Below, one piece after another: positions 35,359-46,233 of a DNA stretch of 64,000 nt. The notes beneath the pieces are model-generated. The model searched no databases, was not told the origin of the DNA, and saw only the letters and a list, made by a program, of their open reading frames with translations. Each line of letters begins with the position of its first letter. Position 1 is the stretch's first letter. Made by a program: the position numbers and the translations under genes. The stretch is taken from positions 248,001 to 312,000 of the forward strand of contig SMSO01000025.1 of NCBI GenBank assembly GCA_004764695.1, written 5' to 3'. This DNA is from Schizochytrium sp. TIO01. Lineage: Eukaryota > Protista > Bigyra: Labyrinthulomycetes.

Positions 35359-36993
35359 AGAGAGATAAATTGTATCCCCTATCCCATGTACCCCTTCAAC
35401 CCACACATGCATAGTAGATTTACGTAAGATTAATCGATCAAAATTCTAATTCATTTAGGTATTCAAAATGCGTGCTGCAAGTTTAGTTTGCTTTAAGCTT
35501 CAGGACCTCTGGACAGTTGTTACTAACCTTTCTTTAAGATCCGCATGACACTTTGTATTGAAGAACACAAACTCAGAAATTTAATCATAAGTGTACAAGA
35601 AAAGGTCTTTTGATATAAGCGTAGGAGCTACAACAATATGAACCACCAGCATTTAATAATGATGAAATTCAATTTGAAGGCCTTTTGTTGTCAAGAGTAC
35701 TACAAATTTGTACCATGTACTGCCGGGTTGCAGGGAGTCACTCACGACACAGGATTCTATAACGACCAGCATAGAAAATTTTCGTGGTTGCTTTCCTGGA
35801 TAATCTCGAAGCTGCCCTCTGCTCCCACATCCCCTTTTCTCGTGCTTTTCCTTTTACATGCCGCAGTTTTTGACTCATATACTCTCGCGGTGTTCGGTTG
35901 ACATTTTCTCAGGATGTCAGTCGTAGCACTTACGTTTTGTCTTCGTGTGCACAACTGTCCTACTCTTCCATTCTTTTCGAGTTCCTTACACCAACATAAT
36001 CTCAAGGTGGCGCGATGTTTCGAATATGGTGTTCTCTTTGCCTTTTGCTTACACGAGCATAGATGGTAGAGAAGTCACCTGTTTAGACTTGATGGATACT
36101 TTTGCTTCCCAGGAACTCTAACTTTTTCTCAACTTGATTTTGATTGAAGGTATGTGCATTCACAGGTAGATAATTATTGAATTACCACAACTTATGCTTA
36201 GCACGTACCTAGAAGTGATTACGTAGATAGGTAGGGTAGTTAGTACCTACCTAATCGAAAAGAGAGAAGGAAACAGCATTTGCATTTTCATTCCATTTTG
36301 CACAGCTGCATCATCCAATGCTCTCCCTTTACGTCTTTTGTTACAGCTTGGATTACTCGCTCCTCCGAGAAAGCAGCCTTTCTACAGATCAACCCACTTA
36401 TCAGCACAGCTTAGCTGCCAATGAATGTCTTCGCGTGCACACAAATGGGCGCAGGGACAAAGCCTAAACGACATTCATTCATGCATTTTTATTCGTAAAA
36501 CTAAAAGAAATTGGTCTCTCGAAAGAAAGACGAATCGCAATTAAACAAAACTGAGGCCTCTTGCAGGCACAGAATGGCCGCCTGTACCCCGTTTTGCCCG
36601 GCACCCCGCCCCAACTCGGGGTGGGCACTCAGTCTAGACCTATCCTTGGAAAGCGAGGATGACCTTCAGGTTCTATATTGGAGCAGCTTCATTTATGAAC
36701 TTGATTCAGAATTATCATATTATAAAGGGAGTAGTTATAAGCGGTAACATTATCTACTGTGGAATAGGGCTAAAAAGAGGAGAAACGAAAGAAGAGAAAA
36801 ATGATGACGAACAAAGACTTTGCATACTATGTTGTTTCGTCCTAATCCTCGTCCAAACTTGCAAACGCCACGGCTCGTGCTTTGGCGGCCCGGGCCGCTG
36901 CCGAAGTGCTCGTTGGGGCCGGAAAGGTCTGGGCGCCTCGGCCCAGCGGCGGGCAGGGCTAGAGGGTAGGTCCTGAACTGCCTTACTCGCAGG

Positions 36994-37764
36994 ATGCTGC
37001 GCAATGTGCTCGTGATCAGCTCCAGCGGGCTGTTGCTCTTCTCCAAAGGGTTCGTAAACGCCGCAGAGCAGCCGCGTTTGCTGGGGTCTGTGATAACCGC
37101 AATGCTGGAGAAATCGAAGCAGACCACGGGACTACAGCTCTCGTATATGGAATTCAGTAAACTCGCGATCACGATTGTCGGCAACGAAGGCAAGACTGTC
37201 TTCTGCGTGCTTTTTCACGACTGTGACGATGGCGAGGAGTTTGGGAAGCTCTTAGCCACAGAAATATTGAACGCTTTCCTGAACAACTACCGACATGACC
37301 TGAAGAGCATTGGACTTAACCAGAATGCATTTCAGGACTTTCAATTCCAGCTCTCCTCGGTTATTCAGGACACCGGACGCCCAGTGCTGGATGAGCTCAA
37401 ACGTAATCGTGCCGTCGTGCTGGCATTGCTTGTCAAGGAAGACCCAAGGGTTGGGGACTCTGCTATCAGCTATTCTACAGGGGAGGTGGATCAGTTTGGA
37501 GTTCTCGCTAACCTAAAGCCACTCATTAGCGCCGCCACAGATATCATGTCATTGCGTCAGGACACAGCAAATGCAGTCTGGCTTGAGTCAGTGCCTACAC
37601 GGGCATCACGACTGCTAGTACAGAAAGTCGTGGTTGGAACCTATTTGGTCGTTCAGTTTAGTATGCGTTTTGATCACAAACATTATGAAAATGAGGTCGT
37701 GCGTGCCACCAGACTCCTCGAAAAAGTTTGTATGCTAGGTGAGATGATGAAACGTAACGTGTAA
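36994..37764 (+). CDS. Longin-fold protein with a second small (longin/roadblock-like) domain
   Basis: MLRNVLVISSSGLLLFSK...LLGSVITAM...VFCVLFHD...LATEILNAFLNNY is the typical longin pattern; clean 256-aa ORF. Confidence 0.7.
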   Translation: MLRNVLVISSSGLLLFSKGFVNAAEQPRLLGSVITAMLEKSKQTTGLQLSYMEFSKLAITIVGNEGKTVFCVLFHDCDDGEEFGKLLATEILNAFLNNYRHDLKSIGLNQNAFQDFQFQLSSVIQDTGRPVLDELKRNRAVVLALLVKEDPRVGDSAISYSTGEVDQFGVLANLKPLISAATDIMSLRQDTANAVWLESVPTRASRLLVQKVVVGTYLVVQFSMRFDHKHYENEVVRATRLLEKVCMLGEMMKRNV

Positions 37765-39122
37765 TTAAGAAACCCAACCCGGTTGAATTCAGCTCAACCA
37801 TAAATTTTCTTGTAGGGGAATATGCAGACATGAAGGCTCTCTGCATAATATTATGAGCGGGTATCGCTCTTCATCATCCTCTTCATCCAATGTTCCCCTC
37901 TCCCCATAACTCCGTATAGCATCTCGTGAAAGATTCGTGCGGCCACTTCGCTTTTAAAACAACGAGTACCATATTGGAACATGACATTTCGCGAAGGGGG
38001 ACGGTAAACGCGGAAATAGGATTCCCTTCTTACGTCAGAATCCTTCAGTTCACCCTCTGTCGATACTATTCCGAAGTTGATGCAAGATCTGTGGTAGGTA
38101 CCTGTTTGATACAATGAACACTTTCCTCTATGTTATATGGGTTTTCGATTCGCCACGCATAGGGCAAAACATAATATTTTTGCCTATGTGCGACATTCAT
38201 GCCATGTGAACGTGCAAGATCTAATAAGATTGTTGCCATTGAAATCCCATTCCAAAAAAAATAAAAATCATACCTGATATCCATATTGAAGAACGAAATC
38301 ATACTGATCAAAGGAGTAGACCTTGCCTTCTGCTCTGGAGCAATTGTAAAGGCGAGCATGATTCAGAAATATTTTAGCTCAAAAACATTGTCTGTTGACC
38401 GAACTTGACCGCAGCGTCATTTTTTTTTTGTTGTAACAAGGAGGGACCTAAATGATACCGCACTATAAGATGGAGTGACGGTTGGAAATGACTTTTATCG
38501 TTCAAAGATTTTGCAAAAAATAATATTCGTTTTCTTGTGTGTGCATGTTTAATTTTCTGCTCGTTTCATCTTTATAAAAGGAAAATAAAGTAAAAGTTGC
38601 TACTCCAACGTAACAGTAGCAACAGGCAGCCAACAAAGCTGCTGCGACATGGACTTCTTGAGTCAACAGCATGCGAGCTTCCTAGATTCTTTTAAAACTG
38701 GGCGAGGTGGGAGCGAGTTGGTTCATACTGACAGTCGATGATCCAGCGCGACACACTTCCTAAATTTTGGTCTACCAACATGGTGTGTGCGTGGCACAAT
38801 CTTTTGGTCTGTCGCCCTACTCGTCGCGGCCTCAGATAAGTTCACGCGTGCTGCTAAAGAAACAGGTTAAGCCTATTCTTCTTTCTCCATGCATTTCCTC
38901 AGGCACACGTGCGCACCAAAATAATTGTCAGGATAAGTAAACTCGACAACATCGCCCCCTCTACTGGACATCTGCATTGAAATACTAGATCCATAAATTT
39001 GTGTGCAACAAGTGGCATTGGAACCTCCCTGCTGATGCTTAGTCATCCTCCTCTTTGTAAGCACCAACCAGAGTGCCTTTAAAACTCAGAAGAGGGGTAA
39101 CATCTGTAGCGACAGAGAAAAC

Positions 39123-41000
39123 TTATCCCCGGGTGGAAAGACCATACTTGGAAAAGTAGCTAAAGAAAGCCTCCTTAGAGATAACCTCGTCACCCTTGGG
39201 TGCAAGTGCCTCACGGGTTGCAGAGTACACCTCCTCGGGAACGTGACGGTGACCGGAGCGAAATAGAGTGATATCAGCAAGAATAGCCTTGAGCTCCTTG
39301 TTATCAATCACACCATCGCTGTTGCGATCGTAGCGCTCAAAGAGCAGGTTAATATCACCCTCACTGAGGTCAGAATGCTCAAACTGGCTCAAGAAACGCA
39401 CAGGGGAACTTCCTTGCTGCTTTGCACGCTCACGGCCACGCTGGAGGTAGTCCGCACGCTGCATCTCGTGGAGACGAGACATTGTACGGTCAAAGGCAAA
39501 GATCTCATCAATGTTGGAGCGAGCGGGCACATAAGCGGCGTCTCCGATGATGTCAACCTCCTGGATTTGGTCAGCAATCTTCTTAGTGTCATCTTCAGAC
39601 ATGACATCACCGCGGTCTAGCAGATCTTCAAGAGGAACCTCGGTGCCAAGGATAACCATCGTGTTCTGGTCGTAGAAGGTATCGATCATAGTAATGAAGC
39701 GGCGGATCTGGTTGATCATGTTGAGCTTCATCTGCGGGATATCATCAATGAAGATAGTGTGGAAGGTGGAAGCAATGGCATAGTAATCAGCGGCACCGAG
39801 GGGCTTACCGCAGAGGTCTTCAAAGCCAAAGCGGGCAACATCATCGTTGCGCGCAGCCTCAGGGATGCGGATCTTGTGGCCCTGGACGTTGAGGTGACTG
39901 TCAGACAAGACATCGCCCTTGGTGTACTTCTCGTAAACGCGCTCGAACTGAGCCCGACCGCTGACACCGCTGCCGCCGATGGTAAAGTAAACCTTGGAAT
40001 CTTCGCCACCCTTCTCCTGCGCCGAGCTCTCGAGCTTGACCATGCGGTAGTCGGTGGCGGACTGGACGTTAACAACATCAAAATGCTTCTTGATGTCCTC
40101 GATAAAAGGAACAAAGAGGTTGCGCTGGATGCCGTTCTTGTAAAGATCATCCGGTGCACGGTTGCTGGTAGCAATCACGACCATGCCACGATCAAGAAGT
40201 GCGTGAAAGAGTCTGCGGATAATCATGGCATCAGCAATATCAGTGACTTGGAACTCGTCAAAGCAGAGCACCCATCCTTCCTCGTAAAGTGCATCCACGC
40301 ACCTCTCCATCATCTCATCACTCTTGAATCCTCTTTGTTGCAACGAGTGAAGCATTCTGTGCACCTGCAGCATAAACTCATGAAAATGGACGCGCCTCTT
40401 GCCTGTAATCGGCAGCGTATCATACAACAGATGCATCGTGTATGTCTTGCCGCTTCCGGGTCCTCCGTACAGGTACAATCCTTGGGGAGCCTCTACTCGG
40501 GAAATCTTGTTGAGCTGAGATTTCGCAGCAAGCTCCTCTCGCTTTGCAGCTTCCGCAGCAGCAGCTCCTGCAGCTCCACCTTCATATCTTGTCTTTCCAA
40601 ACAGCTTTTGCCACCAGCTCTGAGACTTAGCCGCCTCTTCGGCAGCTGCCTTCGCGTCAGCTTCAACCGCTTGCCGCCGTGCAGTACGCCAGGCGTCCAC
40701 CCGGTCACGTCTCACCTTTTCGAACTCCATAACGTCAGCATGCACACGGTCAAGGTAAGAGCATGCAACGCGCTGCGTAGGGTCGTCGCGGATAGTGCCT
40801 GCGGCGACGCGCTTCTCGTACAGTTCGCTCACGGCGCCACCGGGCCCAAGATCCACGCCATTGCTACTGCTGCTGAGGCTGCGAGCAATGATGAGCACAA
40901 TGCGTGAAGATCCTCGAGAGGCGATGCTCGAGGTGGCAGAGATGCCGGAGGTCGATCTGCGCCACGGCGCCATGGCGCATGCCGCTTTGGACGCGAGCAT
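39123..41000 (-). CDS. AFG1: Mitochondrial AFG1/LACE1 (ZapE-family) ATPase with C-terminal EF-hand pair
   Basis: PQGLYLYGGPGSGKT, RRVHFHEFM, LCFDEFQVTDIADAM, ATSNRAPDDLY, RRFITMIDTFY, FAFDRTMSRLHEM; EF-hand DRNSDGVIDNKEL. First ATG is 41000, followed by a presequence-like N-terminus. Confidence 0.93.
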   Translation of the reverse strand: MLASKAACAMAPWRRSTSGISATSSIASRGSSRIVLIIARSLSSSSNGVDLGPGGAVSELYEKRVAAGTIRDDPTQRVACSYLDRVHADVMEFEKVRRDRVDAWRTARRQAVEADAKAAAEEAAKSQSWWQKLFGKTRYEGGAAGAAAAEAAKREELAAKSQLNKISRVEAPQGLYLYGGPGSGKTYTMHLLYDTLPITGKRRVHFHEFMLQVHRMLHSLQQRGFKSDEMMERCVDALYEEGWVLCFDEFQVTDIADAMIIRRLFHALLDRGMVVIATSNRAPDDLYKNGIQRNLFVPFIEDIKKHFDVVNVQSATDYRMVKLESSAQEKGGEDSKVYFTIGGSGVSGRAQFERVYEKYTKGDVLSDSHLNVQGHKIRIPEAARNDDVARFGFEDLCGKPLGAADYYAIASTFHTIFIDDIPQMKLNMINQIRRFITMIDTFYDQNTMVILGTEVPLEDLLDRGDVMSEDDTKKIADQIQEVDIIGDAAYVPARSNIDEIFAFDRTMSRLHEMQRADYLQRGRERAKQQGSSPVRFLSQFEHSDLSEGDINLLFERYDRNSDGVIDNKELKAILADITLFRSGHRHVPEEVYSATREALAPKGDEVISKEAFFSYFSKYGLSTRG

Positions 41001-41679
41001 GGTGAACCGAGAACGACAAGTAGGACGAGCGGAGGACAAAAAAAATGTAGATTGCTGCGCACCAGTTACGTGTGGTGGGCCGTCGGTCACGAGGGCGATC
41101 CGAGACGCGAGGACGAACTCGCTCGGCGCCTGAGCACGACGGAAATGCGGCTTTGCGGACGCCTTGGAGGAAGACCGCTCGCACTGCATTACATTTCATT
41201 TCCCATATTCAATAGACACCACACTATCAATAGCAATAGTTAGTTACTTAGGCGCTAAGCCTAACCCCCCAAAACATTAATTGAAAAATTATAATAAATA
41301 GAAAAATAAATAGAAAAATAAATAGAAAAATAAGAAAATAACAATGGTTTATTTTCAAGTTCCCCACTTTCCGCGTTAATTGTACACAACAAAAATGCAA
41401 ACTTGAAATGCTTTAATCACCTATTTCTTCATTTTACCATTGCAGTGCTTCTGCAGTGACCGCAGAGCTCAGTTCGAAGTGCTGTGAACGATGGATGATC
41501 TTTGGGCTTTTCCTCATTTCCTTTACAGCACGAACTCCGACTCTGAATGCGCATTCTGTCATGAACGAGATGCCAAAGTGCTGTGTATGTCTTTCTTTGT
41601 TTCTTTGTTTGATTGCTTGTTTGATTGTTTTGTTTGTTGCAGGAATGTTTATTCATTTCATCATCAGAGGGGTCATGAA

Positions 41680-42001
41680 AGCGATGCGATGCGATGCAAT
41701 GCAATGCGATGCAATGCAATGCAAAATGAGGTCAAAAAGCGGAGGTTCATCTCTTCGATAGATGGATCTCCAAATGGACCATACTGCAACCTGATCGAAT
41801 CATTCGCAGCGACGGCCTCTTGAGCACCATTGGAGCACAACATCTTGCGTGTCGAGCTGAGCTTTGCAAGCTTCTCTGCGGTCTCTTCCGCTGCAGCTCA
41901 CAGAGCATGTAGTGCTTGAAATCCTATAAATGCAATAAACTGTATCGCAATAAATGGCAATGCAATGCAATGCAATTGTTTGCAATGCAACACAATGCAA
42001 T
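41680..42001. repeat. Two (GCAAT/GCGAT)n pentamer tracts (41680-41722, 41957-42001)
   Basis: Direct tandem repeats. Confidence 0.8.
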
Positions 42002-42386
42002 AGACTGCCGTGAGCACTATCAGCCGCCTACCTTTAACTATAGCAGTGCGTAATACATTACAATAGGCTGACTTCCACCTCTTCTCACCACCGTGTATTG
42101 ATCGATACATGAATGAATACCCGCCATCTTCCACAACGTACGCCAGGCAGTGTGTCCTTCACAGCAGAGTAGCTTGCAAACTCGCTACAGCAGCAGAGTC
42201 TTCACTGGTCCCGCAGCCTTTGGCAGTTTGCCACGCGAGTTTACTTCGGCCTCAAATTAGGTTGAAGATCATGGTTGATTTCGTCTCTCATTCCCCTCTT
42301 GCGCGTGACCTTTGCAGCAATTCGTCACACTGTCCGCGAATATCGCTCACTTTTCGCTTAAAATAAACTAAAATAAAAAGTACTTA

Positions 42387-42414
42387 CTAACTATCTAACT
42401 ATCTAACTAACTAT

Positions 42415-42466
<52 letters not shown>
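42387..42466. repeat. (CTAA)n/(CTAT) microsatellite
   Basis: Direct tandem repeat. Confidence 0.95.
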
Positions 42467-42467
<1 letters not shown>

Positions 42468-42614
42468 AAACAACGTTTTCTGATAGTTTGGAACTTCTTC
42501 GGATGAAAATTAAGAATTAAGTGAAAATGAAACAGCCCAATAAAAGTGACTTTGAGGAGAAACATTCTCGTTTAGTTTGCTTTTCTTTTCTTTTCTTTTC
42601 TTCTACAGCACGAA

Positions 42615-42735
42615 TTGTTTGTTTGTTTGTTTGTTTGTTTGTTTGTTTGTTTGTTTGTTTGTTTGTTTGTTTGTTTGTTTGTTTGTTTGTTTGTTTGTTT
42701 GTTTGTTTGTTTGTTTGTTTGTTTGTTTGTTTGTT
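42615..42735. repeat. (TTTG)n microsatellite, ~30 units
   Basis: Direct tandem repeat. Confidence 0.97.
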
Positions 42736-44704
42736 GTCTGTCATAGGAGGAGAAACGATCGTAAATCAATCAGTGCAACTGCGCCATCTTTTTGTAGTTT
42801 TTATGAAGAAATAGCACACACGCAAAAGATGATTGAAAGAAAGAAAGAAAGCCAAAACTGAATGGATGATCGTGGCTGGCGACACCCGGAGGAAACGACG
42901 ACTTCGCAACGACCCGGAACGTCGCACCCTCGCAGCGGTGATTTGGAATTGCGCTTACGGACTCGAAGAAGAAGAAGAAGAAGACACGGCAAAGATGTCT
43001 TCTTCTTTCCCTTTCCTTCTCTTTTATAAAAAGTCAGTTAGTTTGTTGTAAACTTTAAAGACTCAGTGAAACAGAATGTGCTGCCAGTACGAACAGTATG
43101 GGCTTTGAAAGGTAGTTTCAAGCGTGTTGGGTTTCGTTTACTCTACTTTCTCCGCTTCTTTGCTCCACTTTGGCGTGGTTTTCTTGACTTACATGTAACT
43201 TCTGTTTAGCCTTCTGTAGACATACATCTGTAAAGGCGACCTAGCAGCAGAAATTCAGCAGAGTGGTTGGTTATTCATCATCCTCCTGCTCCTGTTCCAA
43301 GTTATACTTGCTGCCGGATTATTCATTTGCTTGTCTATTGGAGCTCATGCCTGCTGTCGAAGTTGGCGTTGCGCTTGGTGGACACAGTTTTGTCAACCAT
43401 TTGGGAAACCACGCCTCTTGATGCTTTGGCCTCTAGAGTGTAAAATTGCAGGAATTAGTTTAGTTTAGTGTCAAAACCATTGCAAAGCAAGGACGGCTAG
43501 TTTCGGAAACAAGCGAGACCTACGATGCAAATTCCTGCGAGATTTGGAGGACCTCGAGCGGCCTGGTTTCCAGGTAGGGAATCCGCACAGATGCCAGCTT
43601 CGTGTCTTAAACTTGGCTTGCTTTGTGTTTGTCTTGCGTCATCTTGTGAAACATAAAACACAACTCGCACAGAAGAAGGTACCTGGTATCAACAGACGAC
43701 AGAGGCGCGATTCACCACCGCCGAGTGTGATGTGATAGAGCCCCGCGTTTGGCCAGAACTGCTCCTGGACAGCGCCAGGAGCAGCCCTCACGGGGCCCAG
43801 AGACTTGTTTGCCACTCCTCAAGTTCGTGAATTTGCCTCAGTGGCTGCTGTTGTTGCTCAATGCCTTTGCACGCTGTAGTGTCTCAAGAAGGCGATCAAC
43901 GGTGGGCGCGACCAATATTGCAGGCAAGGGAACCCCGTTCGCGGGACGAGCCCCGTGCTCAAACTGAAAGCTGTGGCACGGCAGAAGCATCGCCTCTTCA
44001 GAAGCAAGCACACGTCGAGTGTTGCGGTCTTTAGTGTGTACCTGTTGCACATGTCATGATGGCGAGTTGAGGAACTCGGCATGCCAACTTAAACTTCTTG
44101 GTCAGCATGGCATGGGAACCTTACTTCGAGCTTGACTGCCATCTGCCCCAGGCACAAGAGCCTTGTTTACCTGGTGGTCGAGCCAACCGGGTACGTGGCG
44201 TCATCGTACATCGCGTGAAGGACAAATGAATCTCTCTAAAGAGAGAGAGCAAATGCCAATAGTTCGTGCAAACACCAATGGGTCTAATAGATCTGGGACT
44301 CTTTTCATGAATTCACAGCACCTACTCTTCCAGTAGTAGCACCACTGATTGGGCAGAAGGCGAGTTTGGCGAGGATCATGGCAGGCTTGCTCCAAGCGCT
44401 GTGCAGGATTAATCGGCGTATACGTTTGGGGCGTCAAATATGCAAAACATCGTTCCATTCGTAGGAAATGGGGAAAAAGAAGAGAAAAAAAATGAAGATC
44501 GATAAATTCCGGGACCAACGCCGCTGAAGATTGCCAGAACCAAAAATATATCTCGCGGCCGCTTTCCAGGGCGCAACCTCGCCAGCCCACGCATCCAAGC
44601 AACGTCAAAGCACCTATCGGCCGTGATACAGATTGGCTTGGTCTGGTCCGCAAGGCCAACAAGAGCGTCCCATCCATCGATCTCGCCATCATCAACTCAG
44701 CCTC

Positions 44705-45571
44705 ATGGCGAGTCTAAGGAACTCCGTGAGCCGAGCTCTGAGGCCTCTGCAAAGCCTACTGTCATCACGAAGCTCCAAGATAGTGGATCCTAGCGCAGTT
44801 TTGGCCTGGCCTGACCTGCCGTACTCGTCCGAGAAGGAATGCGAGCGGCGTAGAATCGATGTGTTTGTCCCCGGGGCCTCCGTGAAAGCGTTTCCTCGTG
44901 AAAGCTCTTCAGTGCTGCTCGTTCTTCACGGAGGAGGCTTCAAAATGGGTTCTCGTAAAATTCCCTCCATTATTGAGTTTGCTAACCGATGTGCTCAAAA
45001 ACACGGCCTCGTAACAATGTCTGTGGGCTACCGTCTCGGTCAGGATGTTCATGTGGAAACACAAATTGGAGACGTTATAGATGCACTATTTTGGGCCAAA
45101 GAAAATGCAGGTGCATTCGGCGGTGATCCAGGACGCATATTCATTGCAGGGCACTCTGCAGGAGCGTTTCTGGCAATGCATGCAGGAATTAGCTTTCATG
45201 AACATGGAGGAGTGCAAGGCATTGTAGGAATCAGTGGCGTCTATGATTTGGAGAACTTGAGTACAACTGTGCCGAGATTGGGTCAGGCATTCGTAGATCG
45301 TGTTATAAATGGTACAGATTCGCTCGAAAGACTAAAATTAGCAAAGTCACCACGACTGGCATCTTTTGACCGTCGCATGCTTTTGCTCATGGCTCAAAAC
45401 GAACTTCCGTTGTTGAAAGGCGACGCTTTCGCAATTTTCAACTCACCTCGACGAGCTCGCTGCATTCTGGAGGAAATCCCTGACTCAAACCATTGGTCCA
45501 TCATGGAGAATTCTCACACAGCCGCTTGTGTGGCAGCTTTCGTTGAAAATAAGCTCTCTCTCAAGGTTTAA
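44705..45571 (+). CDS. Alpha/beta hydrolase, HSL/kynurenine-formamidase/BD-FAE-like
   Basis: VLHGGGF oxyanion motif, GGDPGRIFIAGHSAGA nucleophile elbow, ISGVYDL, C-terminal His (NHWSI). Confidence 0.9.
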   Translation: MASLRNSVSRALRPLQSLLSSRSSKIVDPSAVLAWPDLPYSSEKECERRRIDVFVPGASVKAFPRESSSVLLVLHGGGFKMGSRKIPSIIEFANRCAQKHGLVTMSVGYRLGQDVHVETQIGDVIDALFWAKENAGAFGGDPGRIFIAGHSAGAFLAMHAGISFHEHGGVQGIVGISGVYDLENLSTTVPRLGQAFVDRVINGTDSLERLKLAKSPRLASFDRRMLLLMAQNELPLLKGDAFAIFNSPRRARCILEEIPDSNHWSIMENSHTAACVAAFVENKLSLKV

Positions 45572-46233
45572 ATCTCCGCGAAACTAAACTCCACGAACAG
45601 CGTGTGCAAACGGCATAAGTAATTGGACTGTTAAGGAAAACAGATCCAAGGCACCGCTACTACGCTGCCCTTTCTGTAAATTAAAACGAATGTTCAGTTT
45701 TCTGCTGATCAAAAACAAAGGAGGAGTGAAGACTCCTAACCTAAGGATACGTCACACATTTTTAGCTAGGCCAGTTCTTGTCTTGCAAATGAGCCCGCTT
45801 ACTGTGTGCAGTAAGATTGATAAATTGCACCTATGTAGTGTAAGCGGCATCCTTCCTGATCAAACCCTTGCCAGAGAGCCAAACGTTTAATCTCCAGCCA
45901 TCCTATGTTGTACTTTGTTTGGGAGGTATTTCTTTCAGAGTTCTGAGCCTTCAAGCCGAAAGCAATCTTGGTTTTGCACAAGAAATAGACTTTAGTAAGT
46001 GACAAAGTAGAAAATAGAATGCACAAATATACTATAGATTTAAGTTACACTGAAAAACAGAAAAGCAGTGCAATGAAACATTTCAAAATGAAAAAAAGTT
46101 GTTGACAGTTTAATTAAATTAATTTTTAAATTAAAAAACACCACTTCTCGTCGAATCTGAATCCAAATCTGTCCTGGATCAAAAGCGATTCGGGAGCGAG
46201 GTGGGTCGGCGTGGGTTGATATCGCTCGCTAGG

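Noticed and set aside
39759-40907. 382-aa plus-strand ORF (also 785-1591 and 56680-57558)
   Set aside because: Antisense shadows of real genes with biased codon usage; no domain motifs.
42387-42466. (CTAA)n as interstitial telomere
   Set aside because: 4-nt unit mixed with CTAT; looks like the other tetranucleotide microsatellites.
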